This document shows positions 26,081 to 39,200 of a stretch of DNA of 64,000 nucleotides, in pieces. Under the pieces are notes generated by a model, which saw only the letters and a program-made list of their open reading frames with translations, did not search any database and had not been told where the DNA came from. Location: the NCBI GenBank assembly GCA_964016885.1, contig OZ024744.1:7316001-7380000 (forward strand), in the 5' to 3' direction. Within the stretch, counting starts at the first letter, position 1. Each line of letters starts with the position of its first letter. A program made the position numbers and the translations under genes. The stretch is from Eledone cirrhosa. Taxonomy: Eukaryota.

Positions 26081-27200
26081 ATTATTATTATTATTATTAT
26101 TGCGTTATATCGATTAGCTCAGTTCTGTTTCTCTATTGCCAGGTTCAGGCCTTAAACCTAGGGCAATAGATGTTTCCATTGTAGAGAGAGAACCTGTCTG
26201 AGAATGTCTGCTGTTCCTAGAAGCCTGATCTTCTGTAGCTCATATTTGCTGATCTGCAGGGAAGGATACTAAGGTGCATTTGGCAATGCAGTTGTGTCTT
26301 TCTATTTAGTCAGGTTTTGTCAGCTCTGGACTCCCGGAGATAACATGATCTACCGTTTCTTCATGTTTGTAGCATATTTTACATAGTAGGTTAGTCCCAT
26401 ATTTCACTGTTCTGTGACTATAGGCCTGAGTGTTTAGAGATTGGTCTTGTGCACAACTAAGAGTCCCTCAGTCTCTGCTTTCAAACCAGCACTTCTGGGT
26501 CAGGATAGTGAGCCATGCTGATCGATATCATTGTCAAAATTTGTTCTGGGAATCTACCATGTAGTGGTTTTGTCTTTCGTTTACGGTTTAATTCCTTTAT
26601 TTTAGAGTTCCTTTGATTTAATATTCACAGTCATAGCTAGTTGTGCAGCACTCTGTTGTTGATTTTCTATCTTTTGTTCCATGTTCAGTTTTTTACTAAA
26701 TTTTCTTGCCTCTTTTGTTATTGAGTGTAGTTTCTTAATTGATTCATGCTTGAGTACAGGCATAAGGTGTTCATCTCGGGTGCGATGGAGGTAACTATCT
26801 AATCCAATGGTTTCTGTTTTGTATTCGGCTTCCAGTTGTCAGAGACCCCATCCATCATCCCTCCTTGAGATATACAGCTTATGTGTATCATCTTTAGGGT
26901 GATGCCCTTTTTCCAATGTCAATAGTTTCCTTGTCTTAGGGTCCAACCTTTGTAGTTGTTATAGGTTCCAATTTATGATGTTAAAACTGTATATCACAAC
27001 TGGTACTGCTAGACTGTTAATGGCTTTGAACTTGTTGCAGGAGTTTAGCTCACTTTTTGTTACCAGTCTCACTCTCCTTATGTACTCCTTCTGTATCTTT
27101 TCCTTCATACTTACATGCTGGATTCCATATCCTCCATTAACTCCAAGATATTTGTAGAACTCTTCATTGTTAAGTTACTTTATGGTAGTTTGTTGGTCTA
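26081..27200 (-). pseudogene. Degenerate R4/Dong-like (RLE-type) non-LTR retrotransposon 3' part ending in (TAA)n
   Basis: Manual translation gives KYLG..IQKEYIRRVR..SELNSCNKFKAINSLAVPV, HHPKDD..KLY and a CKICYKHEETVDHVISG CCHC-like motif; TAA repeats at the 3' end. Confidence 0.65.
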
Positions 27201-27249
27201 TGGCAATATCTTTATGGTTAGAGACCAACTCTCTCTTGAATGTGGCTTT

Positions 27250-27375
27250 TATTCCGCCGAGGTTGACTTTGCCTTTCATCCTTACGGGGTCGATAAAATA
27301 GAGCACCAGTAATGTACTGGGGTCGATTTGATCAACTTTCCCCTCTCCAAATATTGCTGGCCATGTGCCTATAGT
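27250..27375 (+). mobile_element. tRNA-derived octopus-type SINE, partial
   Basis: ccgccgaggttgactttgcctttcatcc..ggggtcgataaaat core shared with four other copies in the window. Confidence 0.75.
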
Positions 27376-27377
27376 CG

Positions 27378-28287
27378 GGCAATGTGATCGGTGGAAACTT
27401 CCCCTTAGCGTTCTATAGAGGATTATTGGAGGGGAAGAGCGACGACGTACTTGGGGAAACTCTAGGCGTCGACGAAAATCAACTAGCCAATCTCTTCGGA
27501 AGGACTTTCGGGCCGGGGCCTATGGACAAATTCCAGAAATCCCTGGCCTGGCAGTGCTACCGAGGAGCTTTGCCAATTCGGAATAAACTCTACAGGCATG
27601 GAGGTGCCGTCAGCCGGGCATGTCCGAGATGCGCGCAGGGTGACGAAACCGTCCTGCATGCACTCGTCCAGTGTCCGAGCATTGTTGACTTGTGGGTTTA
27701 TGTCGAACACCTGCTGTCGCGTGTAGGACGGATCCAGCTATCAGCTGAGTCCATCGTGAGGATTGCCCCGCCCCCTTCCTTTAGCCGGGAAGGGCAGATA
27801 GTTTTTATCTGTCTGGTGGCCATGGCGAAATAGATAGTATGGTGGACACGTTTCAAAGGGCTGAAGACGAGCACTTACCTCTTCGGTGATGCCCTGATTG
27901 ACTTTTTCAAATTTCATTTGAAAAGGAAAATCAGGGTAGAGAGGGAAGTGCTCACTTCCCAGCATTTTGTTGAAAGATGGGTGAGAGAGGCAAGAATGGC
28001 CCGAGTGAATGGGCCTACTCTGAGTATGTGTCTGTAAATTAAAGGTGGAAAACTGGGAGAGGGCACTTGCCCTGGTGGTCAGGGTCACTGTGGTCTTTTA
28101 ATGGGCTTTCTCCACAAATGTCCCTCCGAAGTCCCCCCATATTGGGACATTTTTCATTGTTTCTTTTTTGTTACATCCTGTGTTAATTTATTTTACACGC
28201 AGAAATGCCGATTTATACCGTTCTGTATAGTCCTGTGTTGTCCTTAATGTTTTACTTTGTGTCAACCCTTGTGGCTAATAAAGAAAG

Positions 28288-28288
<1 letters not shown>
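27378..28288 (+). mobile_element. 5'-truncated copy of Tx1-like family A, followed by (ATT)n at 28289-28357
   Basis: Closely similar to 33350-34213; CPRC...HALVQC motif; AATAAA at 28277. Confidence 0.9.
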
Positions 28289-28357
<69 letters not shown>

Positions 28358-28844
28358 GGCGACCTACGTAGTAAATTGTATCATCGTGAGCTCCGCAAAG
28401 GTTTGTTATTTCCGTTTGTTAAAAATTGTCATTTATGGAAAATTTTATTGTTAACTGTTTATAAGCGCACATACATTGTTCTCCAAAAAAGATTGGGGCC
28501 TTGTGCCCAAAATTTAAACTTTTATTATTATCAAAAAATTTCTTTGAAAAAAATGGCTAATTCACCTCTGCAACAAGCAGCCGAAAGCCTTCCTCACAAA
28601 TTAACACCTTACACCGATACCACCATTGTAAATGTTACTACGTTTGCCAACACAAAAAAAACAAAATATAAGCAGTAGCAATATTTTAAATTTGTCTCAG
28701 GCAGACATACATTTCCCGCCATTACCAATGACTGCAGGTGTTAAAGCCTCCACCACCACCACCACCGCGACAACCACCACCCCCACCACCACCGCGACAA
28801 CATAAACAAAAGAAGAAAAAAATAAATTAACTCGTGATGTCGAA

Positions 28845-30556
28845 ATGAAATCAAGCAAAATGGACTCTTCCGCACCAAAGACGACTGACGTCACCACCAC
28901 CACAACTGAAACTAAAATTAATATTAACACAAATAACGATAGCAACAACAACAACAATGACATTATAAAACCGACCCTCAGTTTCGCCATAGTAGCAAAA
29001 CAGTTTGAAGCATTCACGGTAACTCAGGAGGATTTAGAAAATGCCAAACAAATGGTAAAGAAAGATGGGTACAGGGTCAGCCTCACCCGCCCCCACCTAA
29101 TAAAATGGAGCATTGGCGCCTATGCACCGTGTCGTATAGAACAATAAATGTAAAATCGCACCGAGTGGAACGGGCATCCGAGTCCCAAATCCAAAAAGCT
29201 TTGGGACATGTGTGGGCAAGAAAAACCCACATCAGACGTGGGCAAAAGTATGGAACCGTGGATGTGTTCTTTGAAACACCAGAGGAGGCTAGAGAACACT
29301 CCATGGCCCCATTAAAAAGTGACGACTTCACACTCGTCCCAAGCTATTGTGGCCAGAGACTCGTAAAGATCAGGGTGACCCACGTTCCAGCGGCCATCGA
29401 AATTCCATGGTTAATAGCGGCTGTCCTCGCCGGCATCGAAGCCAACACGAAAATAATAGCAATAGCAAAAGAAAAGCAGGAAAACTGGTCCGGATCTGGG
29501 ATGGAGCTCCTGATCCAAGCGGACCAAAACAGCATTGAGGAGATCCCAGAGGTAATAGACCTCACTGACGGCAACCACCTCACGGTAATTGTCGAGGGCA
29601 GGAGACCTAGGTGTGTCGTTTGTGGTGAAGGAACCCACCTAAGGGCTTTCTGCCCTCAGGCTAAAAGGTTGAGGCCACCTCTCCTACCCACCCCAGTGAC
29701 ACAACCATCAACACCACCAGTAGCAGAGATGGCAGCAACAACTGTAGTAGCAACAACAGAAGCAACTATAACAGCAACAACCCCAGCAACAGTAGCAAAA
29801 CCAACACCACTACCACCACCAGCAAAACCAACACCACCACCACCCAACGCTTCAGAACTAGCACCAGCGCCTACACCATCCATCACACCACAACCAAAAC
29901 TAACGGCTGTGGAGGATTTTCCACTCCCCGGCCTATCACAACTGGAGACATATTGTGACGACGAGGAGTGGGAAACGATATCCGGAAAAAAAAAGAAACC
30001 AAAAAAGAAAAAATTCTCTTCCTTCCCCCTCCAAAAACAAAATACAGAGGGAAACAAATAAATTAAGAAACAAAAAAGTAAGGACAGATATGCCACCATC
30101 CACACCAGCATCACCAGCCCCATCAACCCAAACACCAACACCATCACCATCATTAACCCCAGCACCACCATCACCTACACCACAAAAGTCACCAAAATGC
30201 GAAACAGAAACAAACCCACAACAAACGCAAACAAAACAAAACAAAACAACCAAAACGATACACACTACACAGCATTAAATTTGAACAACAAGCAATTATT
30301 ACACTACATCCAACACAACACCAGCATCACAGAAAAAGACTACACAACAACCCCAAAATTCACACCACCTCCACACATACAAATCACTCGCATCACACAG
30401 AAAACGTACATGACATTAAAACAAAAATTCCCCAAAGACATCGGAGACTTCAGACAAGCACTCTCCAGGAGGATTTATAAGGACATCCTTCCTGAGGAGG
30501 CCACAAGCAGTGAAAAGGATGGAAAAACCGTCCTTCCCCTACGAGAAGTAAGGTAA
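28845..30556 (+). pseudogene. LINE ORF1 (gag-like zinc knuckle), frameshifted
   Basis: CVVCGEGTHLRAFC = CX2CX4HX4C; Pro/Thr-rich linker; lysine cluster; may start as early as ~28553. Confidence 0.75.
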
Positions 30557-30590
30557 GTGGTCTTTCCCATCTTTTCCACTCCTTTTCAAC

Positions 30591-33500
30591 ATGACCTCAC
30601 TCAGAATAGGCAGCATAAATGCGCGTGGCTTGGGGTCGTCATGGAAGCAGGGCCACCTGCTCAACGACCTCAGGTCACTAAACATAGATGTAGTGGCCAT
30701 CAGCGAGACCAGAATCTTCGAAGCACGGGCTTTCGCACCGATCTTCGGCGGCTACGATGTGTACGCATCTCCCAGCCGTCCGGGATCGGGGGGAGGAGTT
30801 GCTGTGCTTTTTCGGAGAGGTTTGGATCTTGCCATACGGGCCATCTTCCTGGACCCAGAAGGTAAGTTGGTGGTGCTGGACGTGACCAGCGGAGACGGGC
30901 AAGCTTTCAGGTTAGTGGCCGTCTATGCCCCGACAGGAGCAGGGCGGCCTGATTTCTTCCGGCGTCTGGAGACCTTTCTTGGAACGTCCCGCTCTTTAGT
31001 GTTAGTGGGCGACTGGAACGGGATCTTAGATGCACGCTGGGATTGTGTGGGATTAGTGGATAGGGAAGGAGGGTGCAAGAGTCTCACCAACTTGCTCAGA
31101 CGTTTTGAACTGTCTGACAGGTACCGAATGGATTTCCCGAATGTACCAATGTGGACTTGGACAAATCGCATAGGGCCATCCAGATCATATCTAGATAGAG
31201 TATTTTGTAGGGAAATAGATAGGTCTAGCATAGGCTGTCCACAATTCAAGATAATCAGCTACACGGACCACAAATTCGTGATCTGTGTGCTTGACTTAGA
31301 TAGGCTTCATAGACGAGGACCCGGCTACTGGAAGCTAAACGCGTCCTTATCAGCGCGCAAGGCCTACAGAGACCGGATTAGCGAACTAGTTAAGCGGGCG
31401 TTGACGGGGGCCATCGTCAACAACAAGTGGTGGTTTGCTCTGAAAAGAGCAATTAGAATAGAGTCCATTAGGTTTAGTAAGACTTTAGCAATAGAGAAAA
31501 ATAGAGCAGAGGGAGAATTAGTTAGAAAATTAGATGAGGCGCTTAGCAAAGGCATCGCGACCGACGTACTTGCGGCGAAATTGGCCCTTGACCAATTCTT
31601 CAATGCAAAGCACGAAGGCTGCGTTGTCAGAGCTAGGGTGCGTGCTCTCAGACACGAGGGGACGAAAGCCGTTCAATGGGCCCGAGTAGCGGAGGTGCGT
31701 CGTGGCAACAAAGCCATGATCCGGTCTTTGGTGGACCACGACGGGCGCATGCTACTCGATCCCGGGCAAATGTGTGAAGCTTTTCAGCGACACTTCGCCC
31801 AACTGTTCGGGGGCAGTGGCGGGCCGGATCGAGGGATGGACTTTAGTGTCTACCTCGACGGACTGCCGCGGCTTTCGGCCACTGAGGCGGAGTGTTGCGA
31901 AAAGCCGATAACAACCGCTGAAGTACGGGATGCAATGACTAGTTGCACAAGGGGTAAATCGCCTGGTTTGGATGGTCTGCCCTATGAACTTTACGTACAA
32001 ATGCCAAACTTGTTCGGAGGCCTCTTGGCGGACGTCTACTGCAACTGGCAACAGAACGGGAGAATTCCCAGCTCTGTGAGCCGAGGAGCGGTGGCGCTGC
32101 TGAGAAAGGATCCGAACAAGGGGGATAACATAGATAATTTTAGGCCCATAACTCTGCTAAACACAGAGTTCAAGATTTTGGCCAAGGTGCTAGCAAAGAG
32201 GTTGGCGCTTGTCGTTGGTGGTCTGGTGGGAGAGGCACAGACATGCGCCATTCCCGACAGATCCATCCACGACAACCTCCACCTCATGCGATACATCGTA
32301 GAGAGGGTAGCTAGGGAACCTGACACGAGTGGGTCTTTGATCAACTTAGATCAGTCGAAAGCCTTCGATAGGGTCGACCATCGTTACCTAGCGGCAGTCC
32401 TGAGGGCGGCTGGCTTTGGGCCCGTCTTCAGAGGCTGGATCTCTGCCATGCACAGCGACATCTGCTCTGTAGTGAGAGTGAACGGTCACCTTTCGGAACC
32501 GTTCAACATCATGCGCTCGGTCCGCCAAGGATGTCCCCTCTCGTCCCTATTGTACGTATTGACTCTCGAGCCATTACTGCACAAACTGGAGACGTTGAGG
32601 GGGGTCCCGCGCGAACTAGGATGCGGAAGATCCGTGTCAGCATATGCCGACGATGTCACCGTAGTGGTGTCGAACGCCAAACACATCGAGGCGATCGGCA
32701 CTACATTAAGAGAATACGAAGCGGTGACAGGAGCAATGATCAACCAGGAAAAGTCAGTGGGCCTGCAGCTCGGCACCTGGAGAGGCAGGTCCATGCCGTC
32801 CAACAGCGTCGTCGGGCGCTGGACGGACGGACCGGTTAAATTGCTAGGGGTCTGGTTCGGTCCAGACCTCCAGACGGACAAAAACTGGGACGAGGTGACG
32901 AGCAGGGTGGCTTCTCTCACCCAGAAATGGGCCGAGAGGAAGCTATCCCTGAAAGGTCGAGCGGAAGTGGCGAATGCGTACATCGCATCCGTCATCTACT
33001 ACCGCCTGACCGTCGTACCTTGTCCTAAGCCCCGCCTGACTGCGCTGGAGCGTTTGCTCTTTCGCTTCTTGTGGAAGGGACGCGCTCCGATGGTCAGGCG
33101 GTCCATCTGCTGTCAACACCCGCTACGTGGAGGGCTGGGCATGCCGTGGCTGATGATTCGCAGACACGCGCTCAGGCTACGACATCTCCACCTCTTCCTC
33201 AACGGTGATCAGGTGTGGTCGCCGTTTGCTAGACGCGTTTTACCCGAGCTCGTCTTCTTGACGGAGCTGCAGTCCTGGGTCAAGCGAAGACCGAGAGGGA
33301 GCGCTTGGAGACTGGAATGTCTTCAGGCGCTCACAGCCCTCGACCAATCGGGCATGGTGATCGGTGGAAACTCCACCTTGGCGTTCTATAGGGGATTAGT
33401 GGAGGGGAAGAGCGACGACGTACTTGGAGAAACTCTAGGCGTCGACGAAAATCAACTAGCCAATCTCTTCGGAAGGACCTTCGGGCCGGGGCCTATGGAC

Positions 33501-33969
33501 AACTTCCAGAAATCCCTGGCCTGGCAGTGCTACTGAGGAGCTTTGCCAGTTCGGGATAAACTCTACAGGCATGTCCGGCACCGTCCTGCACGCACTCGTC
33601 CAGTGGCCGAGCATTGCTGACTTGTGGGTTTATGTCGAACACCTGCTGCCACGTGTAGGACGGATCCAGCTATCAGCTGAGTCCATCGTGAGGATTGCCC
33701 CGCCCCCTTCCTTTAGCCGGGAAGGGCAGGCAGTTTTTATCTGTCTGGTGGCCAAGGCGAAAGAGATAGTATGGTGGACACGTTTGAAAGGGCTGAAGAC
33801 GAGCACTTACCTCTTCGGTGATGCCCTGATTAACTTTTTCAAATTTCATTTGAAAAGGAATATCAGGGTAGAGAGGGAAGTGCTCTCTTCCCAGCATTTT
33901 GTTGAAAGATGGGTGAGAGAAGCAAGTATGGCCCGAATGAATGGGCCTTCTCTGAGTATGTGTCTGTAA
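30591..33969 (+). pseudogene. LINE ORF2: APE endonuclease + RT, with premature stop at 33534 and a small deletion
   Basis: INARGL, ISET, VYAP, GDWN, YLDR, TDH; KSPGLDG, RPITLLN, DQSKAFDRV, RQGCPLS, YADD. The TGA corresponds to CGA in the sister copy at 27561. Confidence 0.92.
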
Positions 33970-34212
33970 ATTAAAGGTGGGAAACTGGGAGAGGGCACTT
34001 GCCCTGGTGGTCAGGGCCACTGTGGTCTTTTAATGGGCTTTCTCCACAAATGTCCCTCGGAAGTCTCCCCCCTATTGGGGAATTTTTCTTTGTTATTTTA
34101 TTTCATCCTCTGTTTTTTTTACACGCAGAAATGCCCATTTGTACCGTCCTGTATTGTCCTGTACTGTCCTTAATGTCTACTTTATGTAAACCCTTGTGGT
34201 TAATAAAGAAAA

Positions 34213-34263
<51 letters not shown>

Positions 34264-35086
34264 CCTGAACAAGCAATGCCTGTGCTTTGAATGTTTTTTT
34301 TAATTGGTGAAAGGTCTTGTACTCGACCAATCCCACTCTCCGAGCATCGAAAACAATACCCGAAAAGGAGAACTGGTCAACATCATTGGATGTTTTCGAA
34401 GTCACAGGTTTTTTTTTTCAGAGTTTCCCTCTCCTAGAAAGGTGTTGTGACAACAACTGGGGCCTTTTACTCCCAGGTGAAAAGAAAACTACTATTTGGA
34501 TGGCCATTGACTCTGCTGAGTTCCTCCGCCCTCTGCAGGGTCTTGTATTTCATCCCGCAGGGTGTCCAAATATCACCCTCCTCTCCAATACAATTCATGT
34601 ATATACCCAAAGCTATGTTAAATTACACTTGCCAAACATTTCAAACAATGAGATCCAACCTGAGACCCAATGATTGCGAAGTGAACCTCTTAACCATTTG
34701 GCAATGTGTCTACTTCACAACATATATGGAATACAAATTAATGGAAAGAATTAGATTGAATAGAAGGAATAACCAGGAATAAATCATATGAATGGTATTA
34801 AAGGAGAAAAAGGAGAAATATATGAAGTTTAATTAAGAGAGAAGACAGAATAATGAAGTGAGACATAAAGAGATGTAAAATGGCGAATCAATAATAAGAG
34901 GAGAAAAGTTGAAAGAAATATCGTCGGTGTGTGGAAAGAAGAGAAATATAAAAAGGAACCTAGTGTAAAATGTTTCATGAAGAGAATAATATATATAACA
35001 TAAAGAAATGGTGATAGCTAAACAACAAACAACAAATGATTGTTACAAAGAAATATATTTCAGAGACGGTAGATAGATAGATAGAT

Positions 35087-36000
35087 TTATTTATTAGCCA
35101 CACGGGCGCACAAGAATAGGGGACAAAATAAAGACACATGCCGGGGATTTTCGACATAATTCCACAGGTCGGTCACCCCTGGGCACTGAACAATTGCGTG
35201 CAGGACGGTTTCAATGTCCTGCTCGCATTTTGGACAGGTCCTTTTGGCAGGATCTCTGCCAGGGCTTCCGTGCCTGTAGATTTTGTCTCGAACTGGTAGA
35301 GCTCCTCGGTAGCATTGCCAGGCAAGCGACCCCTGGAAGTTATCCATAGGCCCTGGACGGAAAGTCCTCCCGAACAGACTTGTCAGTTCGTACTCCTCAA
35401 TGTCTAGTGTTTCCCCGAGAACATCGTCGCCCTTATCCTCCACTAATCCCCTATAGAATGTCGAAGTGGAGTTTCCGCTGATTGCCGTTTCCGCTTGGTA
35501 GAGGGCTGTGAGCGCCTGAAGGCACTCTAAGGGTGTTGACAGCAGATGGATCTCCTCACCAATGGAACTTGTTTCTTCCAGAGGAACTTGAAGAGTAAGC
35601 GTTCCATTTTGGTGAGGTATTCGCAGGGACAAGGCACGACTGTCAAGCGGTAGTAGATGACGGACGCTAATGTAAGTGTTCACCACCTCCGCTTTTAAGG
35701 AGAGTTTGCACTCAGCCCACTTCTGGGTGAGTGCAAACACCTTCGCCGTGACCTCGTTCCAGTTGTTGTCCACCTGGAGGTCTGGACCAAACCAGACCCT
35801 GAGCAATTTCACCGGTCCTTCCGCCCAGCATCCAACGACACTGTCGGAAGGCATGGGTTTGCCTCTCCATCTGCTGAGTAGCAAACCGACAGACTTGTTT
35901 GGGTTTACTCTTGTTCCTGTCAACGTTTCGTATTCCTGTAATAGGTTGCCGATTACCCCGATTTCCGTGGGTGTCGACACCATTACGCTTATGTCGTCGG

Positions 36001-36001
<1 letters not shown>
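35087..36001 (-). pseudogene. Truncated, internally deleted Tx1-like copy (family B group) with (TATC)n tail
   Basis: YADD..WFGPDLQ..SLAWQCY..CPKC..HAIVQC; (GATA)n at 35071-35086. Confidence 0.85.
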
Positions 36002-36056
<55 letters not shown>

Positions 36057-36241
36057 TGTTTCTTTATTAGCCACAGGGGCACAAAAGAAGGGGACAAATA
36101 CAAAGGGGGAAGTTTACATACAATAAAAACGTGTAAAATATTATCACAAATGAAATTTAAAGTTAACGGTTTTCCCCAATAAGGGGAGACATTTCATATG
36201 GGTAACACATACCCCCGAAAAAATGTGCAACGCTCATCTCC
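36057..36241 (-). mobile_element. 3'UTR-only Tx1-like family B fragment between two (GATA)n tracts
   Basis: Matches ~55610-55790(+). Confidence 0.8.
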
Positions 36242-36264
36242 AGATAGATAGATAGATAGATAAT

Positions 36265-39200
36265 TTTCTTTTTATTTGCCACCAGGGCATCAAAAAGTGG
36301 GACAAGTACAATGGGGGGAGTTTACATAACAAGGCGTCCTCAATAAGGAGGAGGCAATAACAAAATATAAAAATAAAATAAAATATAACAAGATAAAATT
36401 TATAACAAAATCCTCAATAGAGAGGAGGCGCCTTGGGGGGTCGCACACACCCCCGAAAAAAAGTGTGCAACCCTTCTCCTCAGGAGCACAGAGAAGGGAT
36501 GCTCCCTTGGTCTTTCATCTTCCTCACCTATAGTCTGAGGTAGAGTGAAGGCCCATTCACACGGGCCATTCTCGCCACTTTCACCCATCTTTCATAAAAG
36601 CGGCTGGGGTGCAGCACCTCTCTCTCCATCCTGATCCTTCTTCCGAAATGATATCGGAAGAAACGGACCAGTTGTTGGCCAGAGAGAAAGGTGTCTGACC
36701 TCAGTCCTTTCAGACGCGTCCACCATACAACCTTTTTCGCCATGGCTATTACGCACAGAAACACCGCCTCTTCTTCGTTTTTGAAGAGGGGAGGCGGCTT
36801 GATCGTTACAATAGACTCGGTGGTCAACCGGATCGGTCCCACCCTTGACAGCAGTTGTTCGACATAGCCCCACAGATCGGCAATGCCCGAGCAGTATACC
36901 AATGCGTGTGCAACGGTTTCCTCGTCGCACACGCATCTGGGACAGATCTTTTTCGAGGGGTCCCTACCCGGGCGCCCGTGTCTGTAGAGCCTTTCTCGAA
37001 CGGGCAGAGCCCTTCTGTAGCATTGCCAGGCCAGGGACCTCTGGAAGTTATCCATGGGTCCCGGGCTGAATGTCCTACCGAACAGGTTTGCCAGTTCGTC
37101 TTCCTCCATGCCTAGGGCTTCTCCGAGGGCGTCGTCGCACCTGCTAACCACCAGCCCTCTATAGAATGACGAGGTGGATTCTCCACTGACAGCCGGGTCC
37201 GCCTGCCAGAGAGCCGTGAGCGCCTGGGCACACTCGGTGTGCCAGGCGCCCAGTTTTCTCGGTCTTTGCTTGACCCAGGATTACAGCTCGGTGAGTGAGA
37301 TGAGTCTGGGAAAGGCTCGCCTCACAAACGGGGCCCACACCGGTTGACCGGAGAGGAATACCTGAAGGTGCCGTAGCCTTAATGCGTGTTTACGTATCAT
37401 TATCCACGGCATCCCCAGCCCTCCTTTCGAAGGGTGTTGACAGCAGATGGATCTCCTCACCATAGGAGCCCGCTTCTTCCAAAGCAATAGAAAGAGTGCG
37501 CGCTCCATTTTGGCGAGCGTTTCCCTTGGGCAAGGCACAACGGTCAGGCGGTAGTAGATGACGGACGCTATATAAGTGTTCGCCACCTCCGCCCGACCTT
37601 TCAGGGACAGTTTGCACTCGGCCAACTTCTGGGTCAGTGCAAACACCCTGTTCGTTACTTCACCCCAGTTCTTCTCCACCTGGAGGTCTGGTCCGAACCA
37701 GACCCCGAGCAACTTCACCGAGCCCTCCGTCCAGCGCCCGACGACGCCATCGGAGGGCATCGATCTGCCCCTCCACGTGCCGAGTTGCAGACTGATCGAC
37801 TTGTCCCGGTTCAGCTTAGCCCCTGTACACCTTTCGTACTCCTCCAGTAAGGTGCCGATCGCCCCGATTTCCGAGGCCGTCGACACCATTACTGTTACGT
37901 CATCGGCGTAGGCTGACACCGCTTTCCGCATCCCGGTTCCAACGGGATGCCCTGCAACAACTCCAACTTCCGCAGCAGTGGCTCTAGAGTCATTACATAC
38001 AGAAGGGAGAAGAGAGGGCACCCCTGTCGGATGGACCGCGCGATTTTAAACGGCTCCGAGAGGTAGCAGTTCACCTTGACCCTTGCTGTGCATGGCATTG
38101 ATCCAGCCCCTGAAAACGGGTCCGAAGCCTGCCGCCGCTAGCACCGCATCCAGGTAACCATGGTCGACCCTATCGAATGCCTTAGATGGATCCATGTTGA
38201 TCAGGGCCCCACCAAAGCCGGGATCGTTTCCAACCCTCTCTATGATGTATCGCATGAGGTGGAGGTTGTCGTGGATGGACCTGGACGGGATAGCACATGT
38301 CTGCGCATCTCCCACCAGGTTACCCACGACAAGCGCCAACCTCTTTGCTAGCACCTTGGCCAAAATCTGTAACTCTGTATTTAGCAGAGTTATGGGCCTG
38401 AAATTATTTATATCGTCCCCCTTGTTCTCGTCCTTCCTCACTAGCGTGACTACGCCCTTGGTCACAGCACAGGGAATTCTCCCGTTCTGTTGCCAGTTGC
38501 AGTAGACCGCCTCGAGGAGATTGGGGAACAAGTCCGACATAGCTAGATATAGTTCGTATGGAAGACCATCGAGACCCGGGGATTTGCGTTTGCCGCATTG
38601 GCTCAGCACGTCCTCTATCTCAGCGGCTGAAATCGGCTCCTCGCAGGACTTCGACTCCCTGTCCGAGAGTAGCGGCAGGCCGTCGAGGTATGGACCGAAG
38701 TCCACATCCACAACCGGCTCCCCGCCCCTTCCGAACAATCCGGCAAAGTGCTTTTGAAAAGCCTCGCACATCTGCTTAGGTTCAAGGATCACCCGTCCAT
38801 CCTGGTCTCGCAAAGACCGGATAGTGGATCTGCTCCCTCTTTTGGCTTCTGTCACGCGGGCCCAGCTAACAGCTTTGGTCCCCTCGTTTCCCAGAGCACG
38901 TATTTTGCTTCGGACGATGCAGCCTTCATGTTTCGCGTCGAAGAACTGGTCCAGGGCCGTTCTCGACGCTAGCACTCTGGCCACGTCGCCGCTTCTAATT
39001 GCCTCTTCTACACTATCTACCAACTCCCTTTCCTTCCTATTTCTATTTGAGGCTAACTCCTTACTAAATTCTATAGAGACTACTCTAATCTCTCTTTTGA
39101 GAGATCCCCACCACCTGCTGTTGACGATGGCGCCCGTCAACCGCTCCTTAACTAAAGTGCTAATCCGGTCCCTGTAAGCCTTACTTGCCGGTAAGGACAA

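Larger units (their letters stand above)
28358..34213 (+). mobile_element. Apparently full-length L1/Tx1-type LINE (family A) flanked on both sides by (ATT)n
   Basis: 5'UTR, broken ORF1, ORF2, 3'UTR, AATAAA at 34202 and (ATT)n at 34214-34263. Confidence 0.9.

Noticed and set aside
30678-32995. Antisense and alternate-frame ORFs within LINE ORF2 regions
   Set aside because: Shadow ORFs of GC-rich coding sequence.
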